A stretch of DNA of 64,000 nt from Octopus vulgaris. Taxonomy: Eukaryota. Location: contig OX597830.1 of the NCBI GenBank assembly GCA_951406725.2, positions 5,766,001-5,830,000 on the forward strand. The letters run 5' to 3'. Below are positions 1-12,848 of the stretch, in pieces (within the stretch, counting starts at the first letter, position 1; every line of letters starts with the position of its first letter). The position numbers and the translations under genes are program-made. The notes under the pieces are model-generated. The model was not told where the DNA came from. It saw only the letters and a program-made list of their open reading frames with translations, and made no database searches.

Positions 1-71
1 TAGACCCTAACTTCATTTTTGTCCCACATTCTTTTCAAGATATGAGTATGTGTATGTATGTATGTGTGTGT

Positions 72-112
<41 letters not shown>

Positions 113-282
113 TTTCTGTCTTTCATCTTTAATTTTTCTTGCTTCAGTCATTACAAGAATGGGGAATTTTCGTCAAACGATCGACTGCAGTAGCTATTAT
201 TTATAGTCTTTGTACAACTTCTAACGCTGGTGATGTACAACGGTATCAGCTGTTCACTTCCAGTGAACTATGCTAACACTCC

Positions 283-839
283 TTATTTTTCGAGCACGAT
301 CGGGAGTATTCGAGTGGTTCCAAGCAGTGCTGTTTTCTGCAAGTACTCCATCCTTATTGCAGCCCCTATTTGTTACATGTACTTCTCAAGACTTTTACTC
401 ACTCTTCCCAGGGCTCCAAAATTATTGATACTACTACCACCTTTTTCATCGACCACAACTGCTTAACTTCCCAGGCTAACCTATCATATCTATCGATTTT
501 TCTTTTTTCCTTATCGCATACCTTGTTGTCAGCAGGGCATGATATATCTATGATCCAGCATTCTCTATTAACACTATATCTGGTTTCCTATACTCTATCT
601 CGTGATCGAACTGAATCATAAAATTCCACAGGACCTTTGCATTATCATTTTCGACGATGCCTTCTGTTTTATGTTCGTACCACTTTTTTGCTCTGTCAAG
701 TTCATATTTGTTGCAAAGTATCCAATGGACAATCCTTACTATATTGTCATGAGGTGTCCTGTATTGTTTCTGGGCTAGTGGCGTACATTGACTAGTAATA
801 TGCCATACGGTTTCACCATTTTGTCCACAGATTCTACAC

Positions 840-840
<1 letters not shown>
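283..840 (-). mobile_element. RLE-type (R4/Dong-like) non-LTR retrotransposon, C-terminal CCHC knuckle plus restriction-like endonuclease, degenerate
   Basis: ORF 548..982 reads CRICGQNGETVWHITSQC (CCHC) and RKPDIVL (PD nuclease motif). It continues through stops to IILGALG...LQKTALLGTTRIL, the typical RLE C-terminus. Confidence 0.85.

Positions 841-908
<68 letters not shown>
841..908. repeat. (TAT)n microsatellite separating two RLE-LINE fragments
   Basis: Direct observation. Confidence 0.95.
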
Positions 909-909
<1 letters not shown>

Positions 910-1790
910 GTCGGATTTTACCAGTTATCTTCAGGATATTGTTAGAGTTGCGAATTTTTGGGAGAGTGTCACGTTCATTCATACTAGATTCTTTAATTTT
1001 CAGATGATCTTATTTTTTAGATCATCTAGTTCAGTGGGGTCAATTTGTGTGTGACTTTCTTCATCTATTTGATTTTCATCTGCCTTCGTGTTTATGGTTG
1101 GTTCAGAGAGTGTTGCTCTTTGCCTATCAATTACATTAACTCTTTCAATCTTTACTGTATTTCCATCAGACCTGGGTTGGATTATAATTATTTCCTCTGT
1201 AGTAACTTCTTTAGCTGCAACTTCGTTCCTTTCATTCTTTACTGATTGTTTAATTTGGTCAATCTCTAATTCAGTCAGTAATTTCTGTTTCATAATATTT
1301 CTTCTTGCGTTGGCAAGTTTGTTACTGTTTATGTAGGATCTTACTTCAAGGTTTTTCTGTTACCACATTAGGTAGGGTTGTTCAGTATTAGATTTATTTT
1401 TGGGGAAATACATGACATGACAGAAGGCCTTACGAACTTCTTTATTATCTTCCCTTGACCGTTTTTCATTCTTTTTTCTTTTGGTTATTTGATGACGAGC
1501 GTTGATGGCCATCTTTTGGAATACCACGGTCGTGGGGTAATTACAGCTGCTGTGTTTCGGGAAGACTTGAACCAGTAGCTGATTTTTCGTACCCAGTCTG
1601 GTTCCTCACTGGGGTGCGCGGCCCCGAGTGACAGCCGATCCGGTTTGTATTTTGCTTTGTCATCGCTGAGGCATGACGATCTTGGACGTTGACATTAGGG
1701 GACGGATCTGTCGGTTTAGTGTTAATTTTTTGAGACAACACCGCCTCCGATTTCTCTGAATAAAAACATTGCTCGTAAAGTAGCTTCTTT
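909..1790 (-). mobile_element. N-terminal ORF region of an R4/Dong-like LINE, degenerate
   Basis: W*QKNLEVRSYINSNKLANARRNIMKQKLLTELEIDQIK resembles the N-terminal region of R4/Dong ORFs. Same strand as the neighbouring RT and RLE pieces. Confidence 0.6.
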
Positions 1791-2815
1791 AAGCTAACAG
1801 ATCTGTATTCGTTTGTGTGTGTATATTTTTTTGCTGATAGATTTATCTCCAGGCATAGTTTTTGTGGTGTTTTTAAACTCATGAATTGCCCACTCTATCT
1901 GTGTTAGTACTCTGTCAGATTCTAATACTCCTAGATACTTATAACTCTCTCCTCCTTTAAATGATTTTGGCCATCTAGTAATTGGATGCCTTTGCTGTTG
2001 ACTACCTGTCCCCTTCTCATGACTAATATTGCACACTTATCTATGCCAAAATCCATGCCTATATCTTTGCTGAAGTGTCTTACAATCTGTATTAAACTAT
2101 CTCTTCCTTTCAATGATTTTAATGTCTGGCCATTTGGTAATTGGATGCCTTTGCTGTTGACTACCTGTCCCCTTCTCATGACTAATATTACACACTTACC
2201 TATACCAAATTCCATGCCTATATCTTTGCTGAAGAGTCTTGCAGTCTGTATTAAGGGACCTGTCTCTTCTTCATTCTTACTAAAAAGCTTCAGATCATCC
2301 ATGTAGAGCAAATGGTTAATGTTTCCCTTACTATTTCTGAACTGATACCCTGCCCTTGCTTTCCTTTCTACTAAACTGAATAGGGTCAAACATAAGACAA
2401 ATATTAAAGGGGACAGCGATTCCACCTTGAAAATACCTCTATTAATATTAACTTTCCATAAAAGTGTGTCACCTGAGCATAGATCTACTTTAAATTTCTT
2501 CATGCTAAAGCTAATTAATTCTCTTATATGTTATCTGCTATACTGAATATACCCAAACATTCATTTATCCAGGAGTGGGATCCTGTCATAGGCTTTCCTA
2601 TAATCTATCCATGCTATTGTTAGATTTTTCTTTCTAGCTTTTACTTCATTTAGAATTGCTTTGTCTACGTATAACAGATCATGCGTTCCTCTAACCTTCT
2701 TCCTGCAGCCTTTCTGTTCTCCTTGTTGTCAAGGTGCTCGTCAACGCTTTCTGAAAGCATTCCTGTTAACAGCTTCCACACTAATAGTAAGCAAGTGATT
2801 AGTATATAGCCACTC
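1790..2815 (-). mobile_element. Reverse transcriptase domain of an R4/Dong-like LINE, pseudogenised
   Basis: [58 protein letters not shown] and YKYLGV motifs, with frameshifts. Confidence 0.9.
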
Positions 2816-3521
2816 TCATCATCACCACAATTATTTTCCGAGATCTAATAGTTTCAAGCAACTTTCTATTGCATCATTTGTTGCACCTTTGTGCTGGTAG
2901 AGTTGTGTGTGCTGCATTTTTGCGGGTTCGGTGCAATATTGTATTGCATCAGTATGTTTTCTTATGGGCTTTCGTTTGAGTCTTCTGTTGTATTGATTCT
3001 TTTATTGTATGTTGTTTGTGCTGCGCAGGTTGTGTTCTTCTGTCGGATAATGGCTTTCTATCGCACAAATTGTGGGCTTTGTCCATTTTGTTAGGTGTTT
3101 ACAGTATGTGTTTTGTTCCTGTATATTTTTGGAGGAATGTTGCATAGTAGCGTGTGTAAACCATAAATCTATTATTTCATAGTTTTTCTGGATATCTTTC
3201 TACCGTTATTCCTCTCTTGGATGTTTTTTTTTTTATGGGTCCTGGGTCTATTTTTACAGCGTTTTAACTGAATACCGCCCATAGACATGTGTCGATGTTC
3301 CTTTCGTAGTCATAATTATTATTGAGGTATCAGTGAGAGACCGCCAAGAGGCAACAAGATGCATATATTTAGAGATCTTATATAAATATGTATGTATAAG
3401 TAATTAAAATTTAAAATTCAAATTTTATTCAGTTTTGCAGTTTTCGTACAGAAATATTACAGTCCATTACTTCAGATGTTTACGCACATGTTGCTGCAGC
3501 GATGCATCTGGGAGAAGCTAG

Positions 3522-3527
3522 TACTAC

Positions 3528-3584
<57 letters not shown>

Positions 3585-3590
3585 CATTAC

Positions 3591-3626
<36 letters not shown>

Positions 3627-3680
3627 CATCATCATCATCATAATCATCATCATTATCATCATCATCATTAGTACTGCAAC

Positions 3681-3733
<53 letters not shown>
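3522..3733. repeat. Compound (TTA)n-(TCA)n-(CTA)n microsatellite
   Basis: Direct observation. Confidence 0.95.
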
Positions 3734-4710
3734 TCTTTTAAAGACTGGTGCTTATTCTATCGGACTCTCTCTCTCTCTATTTATATCCAGATAGAATAAA
3801 CAAATTTATATACATACATATATATATATATCTTCTGACTATGAATGCAATCGAGCCAAGAGCCTCATATCCACGTGATCGTAGATCATTAAAAATGCTA
3901 GTTAATATGGATAGCGGGAAGAAGGAGTTCCTGTTAGCCTAACAGTTGATATGAAGTCACATCCCAAGTAGCGTCGTCGACGTCAAGTGGGGAATATCTT
4001 TCGTTATTTTAGTAACATGCAAACTTGTTAACTCAGCGATGTAATCTGTGCATCGAACCAATTAGCTTTGAAGTTTCACCATTCAGATGATCTCTAACGA
4101 CTCTAACAACCTCATTCAAATTATTGAATCCTTACTTTATCATTCTTACTTCCCCTTGCATCATCCTATTTCTACCCCCCCTCTCTCTCTCATTCTTTCT
4201 TCTGTTCTCTATCTCTCTCCCTGTCATTCTAAAGTTGCCGCTCTAAGTGTGTTTATCTGTATAGCCATTTTTAATCTTTCATATCTATAACATCACATGT
4301 GCGAATGCGTGTGAGGGCGGGAGAGGGGCGTGAGAGCGTGCGTACGTGCGTGCGTGTTCGAACGGATGTGTGTATGCGTGCGGGTATGTGTGTGCGCGCA
4401 GATACGTGTTTGTCTGTGCGGGTGTTTGCGCTTTTGAATGTGTGCGTGCGAGTTGTGTATGTGTATATGTGTGTGTGTATTGAATGTTGTATGGGTGTAG
4501 TTTGATTATCTAGATCATAACAATTACACATAAATATGTATCTGAATTATTCCTCTACTCATGAAATATACAACTGGACAAGAGCAAGCAAAGCAGTGTG
4601 GACAATGTTCAAATAAGTATAAGTTTGTTTTCGCATACACACACACCACACACGCACACACATACACACAAAGTGTGCCTGCGTGTTTGTATGTGTACGA
4701 AAACAATAGG

Positions 4711-7700
4711 CAGTGGTGGACACGGTTCCGATAACTTTTTGTGTAGCAGATTAGCGTTTATGCCAACTTTGGAAACCGTTAGCGGAAAAAATAGCTTCCG
4801 CTAAATAATGTCCCGCTAACTTTAAATCTGCTAACAAAATTTATACGTTTGTCGTGGGCGTATCTCGAAAAGCCCGTCAGGCACGCTATTAGCTGACTAC
4901 GGGAACACCTGACAAAACGTGATATGTCGGCGCAGCAGCAGCTAGTTGAGCAGCATCGTGTACTTCTGCTGTTTTAAGTTGTGTTCACTTACGACGTTGT
5001 CACATTACAGACAGTCTCACAGTGTCAGCGAAAGCGGTGTACGTTATATGTTTATCATGTTATTGCTCGTCGTTATGGAAAATGAAAACGTCTTAGCTCG
5101 ACCTGCAATGGCTGAGGGTGACGCCGAGGTCGCTCAGGTTGAGAGCCTGAATTCTCAGAACCATTGGCTTTCACGTGAAGGACTACTTTATCTTCACGTC
5201 AAGGCAGTGGTTTTCAACCAGGGTTCCGCCAGTACAGTCCAGGGGTTCCACAAGAAGTTACATAAATGCTAAAATCGACAGTAATTTTTAATTATCCTGT
5301 GCAGATATGTGTGTACATGTTAGGCCTACGTGTACGAATACGAGTTACACGTCAGCGTAGATGACCCTGATCATTGGTGTGTCCATGTACGTGCACATCT
5401 ACGAGTTGCATGTCAGCTCAGATGATGGTTTAGTTTTCTTTTGTAAAATAGAAGTGACTATATTTGGAAGAAACATTTTAACTGCGTAAGCCATTTAGGT
5501 GCTGTTGTTAATCCGCATTTTAAAAGATCTTTCGATGAGTTATTGACCTTTTGTTTGCAAGAAAACCTGAAAGACTTTGTAGAATGTTTGAGTGATGACC
5601 ATTGGTGTTCCAAGTTAGCATATCTTGCCGATATATTTCATGAGTTAAACCTCTTGAACAATGGCATGTCTTCTATTGACAAAATAAATGCTTTTCAGAA
5701 GAAATTGGCAATATGGAAGACATGCATAGCTACAGGAAATTTGGAAATGTTTCCAAGTGTTTTTAAAAATAATTGTCAAGAAATTGCGCTACAGATTTTG
5801 AACCATTTGCATACTGTTAACAAATCTTGACAAATATTTTCCATCGATATCTGTTGACCAGTATGACTGGATTAGAAACCCATTTGTGGAATTTGAGCCA
5901 TTTGAAGAACAGTTCCTATTAACAGAAGAACTTGCCAGTGTTTTAAATGACCGAACATTAAAGTTGAAGAATTCTGAGATTAACCTGAATGGATTTTGGT
6001 TGCTGGTTGAAAAGAAATATCCTACAATTGCCCAGAAAGATCTGCGACTTCTTGTGCAGTTTTCAACCTCCTACTTGTGTGAATTTGGATATTCAGTCCT
6101 GACAACCATCAAGAACAAGAAACGAGCACAATTGCTGTCTGTGGAAGATGAACTTCGTGTGTGTCTATCAATAAACATGACTCAGTCTTAAAGAGTTGTG
6201 CAAGAAACACCAGGCTCAAGTTTGTCATTGCGTTCTTGATGAGAATAAATGTAATCTATTCACACTTAAGTTTTTTTAATACGCTTTAATAATAACTGTA
6301 GGTGCAAGAATAAAATTGCATATGTACGTGACAATTTTTTTACAGTTTGTGTTTTATTGTAAATAAATCTGAACATGAGTATTTTCATTTCATTAATTAA
6401 ATGCTGTTTTTTGCATAAGACAATTAATTTATTGCACAGGGGTTCCTCGAGCCAGTGGAATGTTTCCTTGGGCTTACGCTCCAGCAAAAAGGTTGAAAAG
6501 CACTGCGTGAAGGGATAAAAGGAAGGCCAAGATCCTGTACTTCCGGTGCGTTACGTGCCATCCCAAGGATACCACCATCAAAGGACAAGCGGCGAGCCTC
6601 TACAACTTGAAGTCGCATGTCAAGAGGGAATACCCAGCGCCCGTCATCCATTTTGAGGAGAGGAGCAAGGCCGGCTCTTCCCGTGGAAAATAAAGCCAAT
6701 CTTTTAGTAGCAGTGCCAGTAGCCAGTCGTCGTAGTCATGTGCAAAGAAAGCAGCACGCCACCTCAGCACTGGCGAGCCGTTTACTCAAAATGCTGGAAC
6801 TGGCTTATGTCAGTCGATGGTGGAGAGATGGATTGTAGACGTGTTTGTCGACAACATGCTACTTTTACAGGTAGTGAATTCCCCCACCTTGAACATGGCC
6901 ATTCCGTAGGCCGACTTCAACGAAGCGCTGTCAAGAGCTTGTGAACGCTTGCTACCAAGCTGAAACTATGGGTTTCACATTTCATGTTCATGTGCACTGG
7001 CAGGTTGAGACCCAGGCTGCTGGACTCAACAAAGTGGGAGTAAACAAAGATGCACTCAACTTCGTCCACACCCCCATCCTCGGGATCCACGCCCAGGTCC
7101 ACATCCTCGACGTCCTTCACGTCCGGATCGGCTGCAGCCTCTGGATTGTCTGGCCTAATTTAATTTCAAATTTGAACCAAACTGCATAAATGACTTGACA
7201 AAGATTTTGCAGTTGTCCGTCGTGGTCCTGGTCGCATTGTCTTGTAATGGGTGTCCCCTGTGACCTGAGCAAGAACATCAAAGGTGTGATGTCCCTTGAG
7301 CTGAGGGCAGGACAGGACGGCGTATTGTCTCGTGCTGGTATACTGCATTCTGGGCGTGTTGAAGAGGAGGCTGGTAGTACCCGACAGTACTAGATGGAAG
7401 ACTATAACCTGCTGGAGAAGACTAGGGCAGCTGTCTACAGGGTGGTGACACAGCTGAAGCTGCAGACCTTCACTGATTCTGATGTCAGCTTCTTGACGGA
7501 GTACGCCCAGGTGATATCTAATGTTGCTGAGGCCCTGGATAAAATCCAGGAGGACCTGGCTTATCTCGAGAGCTTTCTGCCAACTGTAGCGGCTACCATT
7601 ATGAAGTTGAAGGAGGCCAAGTTCAAACATCTCTTGAACTGCAGTCCTCTGGTCGACTCAATCCTGGCAGGCATCACGGAAAAATTTAGGCTCTTTCTAG

Positions 7701-8020
7701 AAGACCTGGGGTGCCAGCTGTCCGCTGTCTTCCACCCCAAGTTTCGCCTGTTCTGACTGAAGGAGTATAATAACAGCCAGATTAGCCGAGTAACGAACGC
7801 AATTGAAACCGTCAAAGAGACAACCCTAATAGAGTTCAATAAGGAGGGCAGCAGCACCACCAACAATGAAGATGAGGAAGGCGATCCAGTCTAAAGTCGC
7901 ATGTTTGAGTGAGCTGGTCTTGATCGACCTATTCACCAAGTATAACACCACCATCCCATCCTGTCCTGTAGTTGAGCGCCAATAGGCAGAGATGATTTGA
8001 GGACCAAGAGAGCCACCCTT
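4711..8020 (+). mobile_element. hAT DNA transposon relic with BED zinc finger and transposase fragments, interrupted by a second hAT
   Basis: Begins CAGTGGTGGACAC (hAT-like left end). A BED finger HVKDYF...FRCVTC...NLKSHVKR is restored when 5205-6505 is removed. Also LVVPDSTRW, FLTEY...AEALDKIQ, AVFHPKFRL and dimerisation-domain-like LFTKYNTTIPS..VER. Right TIR not found. Confidence 0.8.
5205..6505 (+). mobile_element. Internally deleted hAT (Buster/Charlie-like) element with TIRs and 8-bp TSD
   Basis: TIRs CAGTGGTTTTCAACC / GGTTGAAAAGCACTG (14/15 match). TSD CGTCAAGG (5197-5204) / CGTGAAGG (6506-6513). Transposase C-terminus WCSKLAYLADIF...FSTSYLCEFGYS...LRVCLS. Confidence 0.92.
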
Positions 8021-8444
8021 TATATATATGTTTTTTTTTTCTCCTTGGACATCGGCTGTTCCTAAAAAGTTTTCCCTTTATCTTAAAAAGTAACTTTTAA
8101 TCGTAAAAAATTCTTAATCAATGAATTTTTATCTATACTTCATGTATTCTTATGTTTCGTGTAAATACATATTTTTATATTTTTATATATTTACATTCTA
8201 GGTTTTATATTGTAAGTTTTTTAGACGCTGAAGTATAAATTTTCTTATCTTGTGATAGACTGTACTCATATTTTATTTCATATGCTTGTCTAAATGAAAT
8301 ATTGTTTCATCTTTTGTGATTTTGCGCATCCGTATTCTGTGTATAAGAAAAAGCGTTATGTTTCTTTATATGTCATTAAATGTTCGACATGTGATATGTT
8401 AGTTGGATGACATAAAATTTGTTATTTGTTTTACAACCAAAGTT

Positions 8445-8490
<46 letters not shown>

Positions 8491-8559
8491 TGTGAGTGTA
8501 TTTGCACATTTAACTCAAACTTGCTTGTGACGGGTACTTGTGAGCGCCCGTATGCAGCG

Positions 8560-9370
8560 GTAATCGTCCTGAGAAATGACCACCTTTGGACCTTAAGTAG
8601 TAAACAAATCACACATAATATCGGCAGACGTAAATTTAAAAGAACCGGTGTATGTGACCGTTACAACAAAGGATTCCACCGTAATTTGCACTTTATCAGC
8701 AACAGGCACCTTTACAGCAAATGCAAAATCGAAACTCCATCAAACCGATATAGTTGAAAACTGACTAAACAGTCAGTGACGTCACAAAAGGCTAGCTGGC
8801 TGTGTATAAAATAGCTTTGAGCGACGGAAGCTAGTATCGCATTCATAGGCATATATCCATATGTAAAATATGTCACATACACCGGTATGTAAAATTCTCT
8901 TATAACGATAGTAATTGCGTGGGTACTAAACGATTACAATTGTCTGACTCAAACGGAATATTTATAATCCTTGAACACAAACAACACAACTCAAATTCAA
9001 TACCAGAGAGATGTCTAGATATCCTTTGATTAGAAAATGCTTATGAAAAATATATAAACCAGACACGGACTTGTCAGAGTGAACAGTAAAACGCAAAAGG
9101 ATTCAACGAAAGACTTTTAATATTGTTAGAGACAGCGTAGCATTTCGTTTAGATCTTCGTCTGCTATGATGTGTGTCTCTCAAAATATATGCAACTCAAA
9201 GACACAGCAACTAAAAAACAACACAATGATATATAGGGCGGTTCGAGCCACCGTCCTCTGTGCGGAACTGAAACAATCAAGGTTCTGTTTTTGAGAGGCA
9301 GAATCTTAAATACGAAAGAAGAGATTTTCGCAAAGTGTTATCACGAAAAGAAATAAAACCTGAAGACTTT
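8560..9370 (+). mobile_element. Degenerate Penelope-like element, linker and GIY-YIG endonuclease C-terminus
   Basis: Fragments YVKFSY, YPLIRKCL and RPLCGTETIKVLFLRGRILNTKEEIFAKCYHEKK* resemble the PLE motifs VKISY, CPLxGxCL and CxLCxxEK...LNxRxExxxKCRH. Confidence 0.55.
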
Positions 9371-9684
9371 TGAACATATTATATCTACCACTGAATTATA
9401 ATTATTAAATTGTATATATACCTATATCCCCTACATATGGTAGCTAAATAGTCGGCATGCAAAATGTAAATTATATTTTAAAATAACAAACCTAGAATAG
9501 TCGCTTCCCACTCGCAGACGAAATACGTGCTTATCAGCAATATACTATGTTTAATGTCAAAGTTTCCTAAGCCGCCAAGAACAGTTGCCTCTCTTTAAGA
9601 TGATTATATATCTGTTTGTGAATTATTTCCCTGTGTATGAAATACAAGGGAAGTCTATTAATGAAACATTGGGGTTTTAACTTC

Positions 9685-9998
<314 letters not shown>

Positions 9999-11036
9999 TG
10001 TGTGTTTGTGCATGAGCGGATATTTGAAGACATACATATATTCAGAATGAGAGAGAGAGAGGAAAGAGAAAGAGAGAGAGAGGGAAGGGGTAGAAAAGGA
10101 GAGAAGGGGAAAGAGAAAGAGCGACACTCAGTGAGCGATAGAAAAGAAAGATAAATAATAAATGGTAGCAAATGAAAAATAAACAGTTTATGAAAAAATA
10201 CTAATAAAAAATATTTAATATGATACGTTTGAATGAGAAGCTCCATCAGCAGCGAAGCAATGAGTTGAAACAGTTTCCACACAATCAATCTATTAAAATA
10301 TATGAGATCGACCAAACAAGCCGTGAACAATTCTAAATATTTAGAAGTTAACCTAAAAATGCAATTTTAAGAGTAACTTAGCTCCTGCAGTGACTACAGA
10401 GTGGACTATGGTTTAAGGAAGTTCCTGGGACGACACCTTCATCGACGTGCAAGTGGTTGAGTATTCCAAAACACGTGTAGCCTTAGCGTAATTCGCTGAG
10501 AGAATCTTCGTGATACATTGTAAGATAAGACTGTACATTTTGAACCATCAGAAAAATCCAAGCGGTGGGCGTGTCTGCAGTGTTCGACTTCCTACTTTCA
10601 CTTTCACAATGGATTAAACTATTGCTTAAACTCTAATTCAGTGGATTTGAAACTGGCACCTAGTAGCTGTGAAGCGAACCTCTTTGCCATTGGGTCATAC
10701 TGCATCTACACCTCTGTTAATAGCCACAGAATAAAAACAATCAATTATGTCATAATTTGAAAATGATTTTATTGGTGTTAGATATATATATACAGCATTA
10801 TTTTGTGGAAGAGATCTTTATCAGTAGCGTCGCAGAGAAGCCATAATAATTTTGTCATTGCATTGTTGGTAATAGGCCATTTGGAAGCGAGAAAGATGGT
10901 TTAGGAATACTAAGTAATAGTCTGTGATTTTAATACAAGGAACATTAACATCTTCATGCACAAAGACAAAAATATCATTGATCTATTATGAATCGATATC
11001 ATTCAATCACTTATAATATTTTCTTAACAAACAATC

Positions 11037-11250
11037 CGGCGAGCTGGCAGAATCATTAGCGCGCCGGGCAAAATGCATAGCGGTATTTTGCCGGTCACTA
11101 CGTTTTGAGTTCAAATTCTGTCGATTTCGACCTAGCCGTCCCTCCTTTCGAGGTCGATAAATTGAGTACCAGTTGAGTACTGGAGTCGATGTAATCGACT
11201 ATCCCCTTCCCCCAAATTTCAGGCTTTGTGCCTATCGTGGAAAAGATTAT
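11037..11250 (+). mobile_element. tRNA-derived SINE, family A
   Basis: A-box-like TGGCAGAATCATTAG, B-box GAGTTCAAATTC, central TCGATAAATT.AGTACCAG, TTA-type tail. Homologous to 20996 and 22018. Confidence 0.85.
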
Positions 11251-11394
11251 TTTCTTAACAAATATAAGAGAGACAATGCTGATATGCCAATAATGGTGTG
11301 GGTGTGTAACTAAGTGGTTCCGGGTTCAGTCCCATTGCGTAGGTGACTACTATAGCCTCGGGACCGCCAAAGCCCTGTGACTGGACTCATATAA

Positions 11395-11465
<71 letters not shown>

Positions 11466-11754
11466 TGTGTGTGTGTGTATGGTTGCTATTATGCAAAAGT
11501 GTCGTAAGTCCAAAATGGTGTTTCATCAGAGAGCGAAAAAATAGTTTCACCATTCCATACGAAAATCAATGTATTACATTTTGACAATCATTGATATCTT
11601 GGCATCTGAAGCAGCTGAAGTTAGTTTGACCAATAGAACCGGCTGTTGCAAACAAAAAGGAATATTGAAAAAAAAACGCATTTGGCCAAATTTGGATATA
11701 CGACAGTTTAACATAATAGTAGCGATATGAATGTATTTGTGAATTTATGTATAT

Positions 11755-11866
11755 ATGTTATTCAATTTATTTCAAGATTTCTTACCAATAGAAAAAGAAT
11801 CGGTTTCTAGTCTAGATCCAAGGCTCCTTCATTGGAATTTTAACATCAACAACAAGGTATTGTTTG
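11755..11866 (-). mobile_element. Isolated 3' terminus of the RLE LINE seen at 60305-61075, adjoining (TATG)n
   Basis: Clearly homologous to about 60305-60420 (…CCTTCATTGGAATTTTAACATCAACAAC…). Confidence 0.75.
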
Positions 11867-12387
11867 TATGTATGCATGTATGTATGTATGTATGTATGTA
11901 TGTATGTATGTATGTATATAGTTATGTATGTATGCATGTATGTAAGTATGTAGTAGTATGCATGTATGTAAGTACGCATGTATGTATGTATGCATAACTG
12001 TATGCATGTATGTACGTATGTATACATGTATGTATATATTTATATATGTATGTATGCATGCATGTATGTGTACATGTATGTATGGATGGATGTACGCTTG
12101 TATGTATGTATATATGTATGTATGCATGCATGGATGTATGTATGTATCTATGTATACATGTGTGAATGTATGTGTGCGTGGGTGTGTGCCTTTGTGTCTA
12201 TATACGCCCGACATATATCACTTGACAACCGGTGCTGGTTTATTTACTTTCCTGTAAACCTTCTGGTCAACATAACGGAACTGATAAAATAAGACCCACT
12301 CTTAAAAAAGTCCTGGAGTCTTGTCTACAGCCCCAGGATATCACGAGTTAGGCAAATGCATGATAAGAGATATTCCAGTCGTGACCA

Positions 12388-12592
12388 GAGGCGCAAGCAT
12401 GGCTGTGTGGTAAGGAGCTTCTTGCAAACCACATGGTTCAGGGTTCAGTCAAACTGTGTGGCACCTTGGGCAAGTGTCATTAACTTTATCCATAGGCCGA
12501 CCATAGCCTTCTGAGTGGATTTGGTTGACGGTAACTGAAAGAAGCCTGTCGTATATATATATATATATATATATGCACACACACGCACACTC

Positions 12593-12643
<51 letters not shown>

Positions 12644-12848
12644 CATATATATTTGTATATGTTTGTGTGTCTGTGTTTGTCCCCCTACGATCACTTGACA
12701 ACCGATGCTGGCGCGCTTACGTCCCTGTAACCTAGCGGTTCAGCGTAAGTGACCGATAGAATAAGTTATGTGGTGAATTGTTCAACGAAAGGTGGTGCTC
12801 CAGCATTGCCGCAATCAAATGACTGAAACAAGTAAAAGAATAAAAGAA
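12388..12848 (+). mobile_element. tRNA-derived SINE, family B (CORE-like, with internal microsatellite)
   Basis: Head GGCTGTGTGGTAAG…GGGTTCAGTC, CORE-like CCTTGGGCAAGTGTC, internal (TA)n, tail TGACTGAAACAAGTAAAAGAATAAAAGAA. Partial copies at about 11291-11390 and 12165-12320. Confidence 0.85.

Noticed and set aside
11037-12848. tRNA genes
   Set aside because: The A/B-box sequences are SINE heads that continue into SINE bodies, and no cloverleaf is evident.
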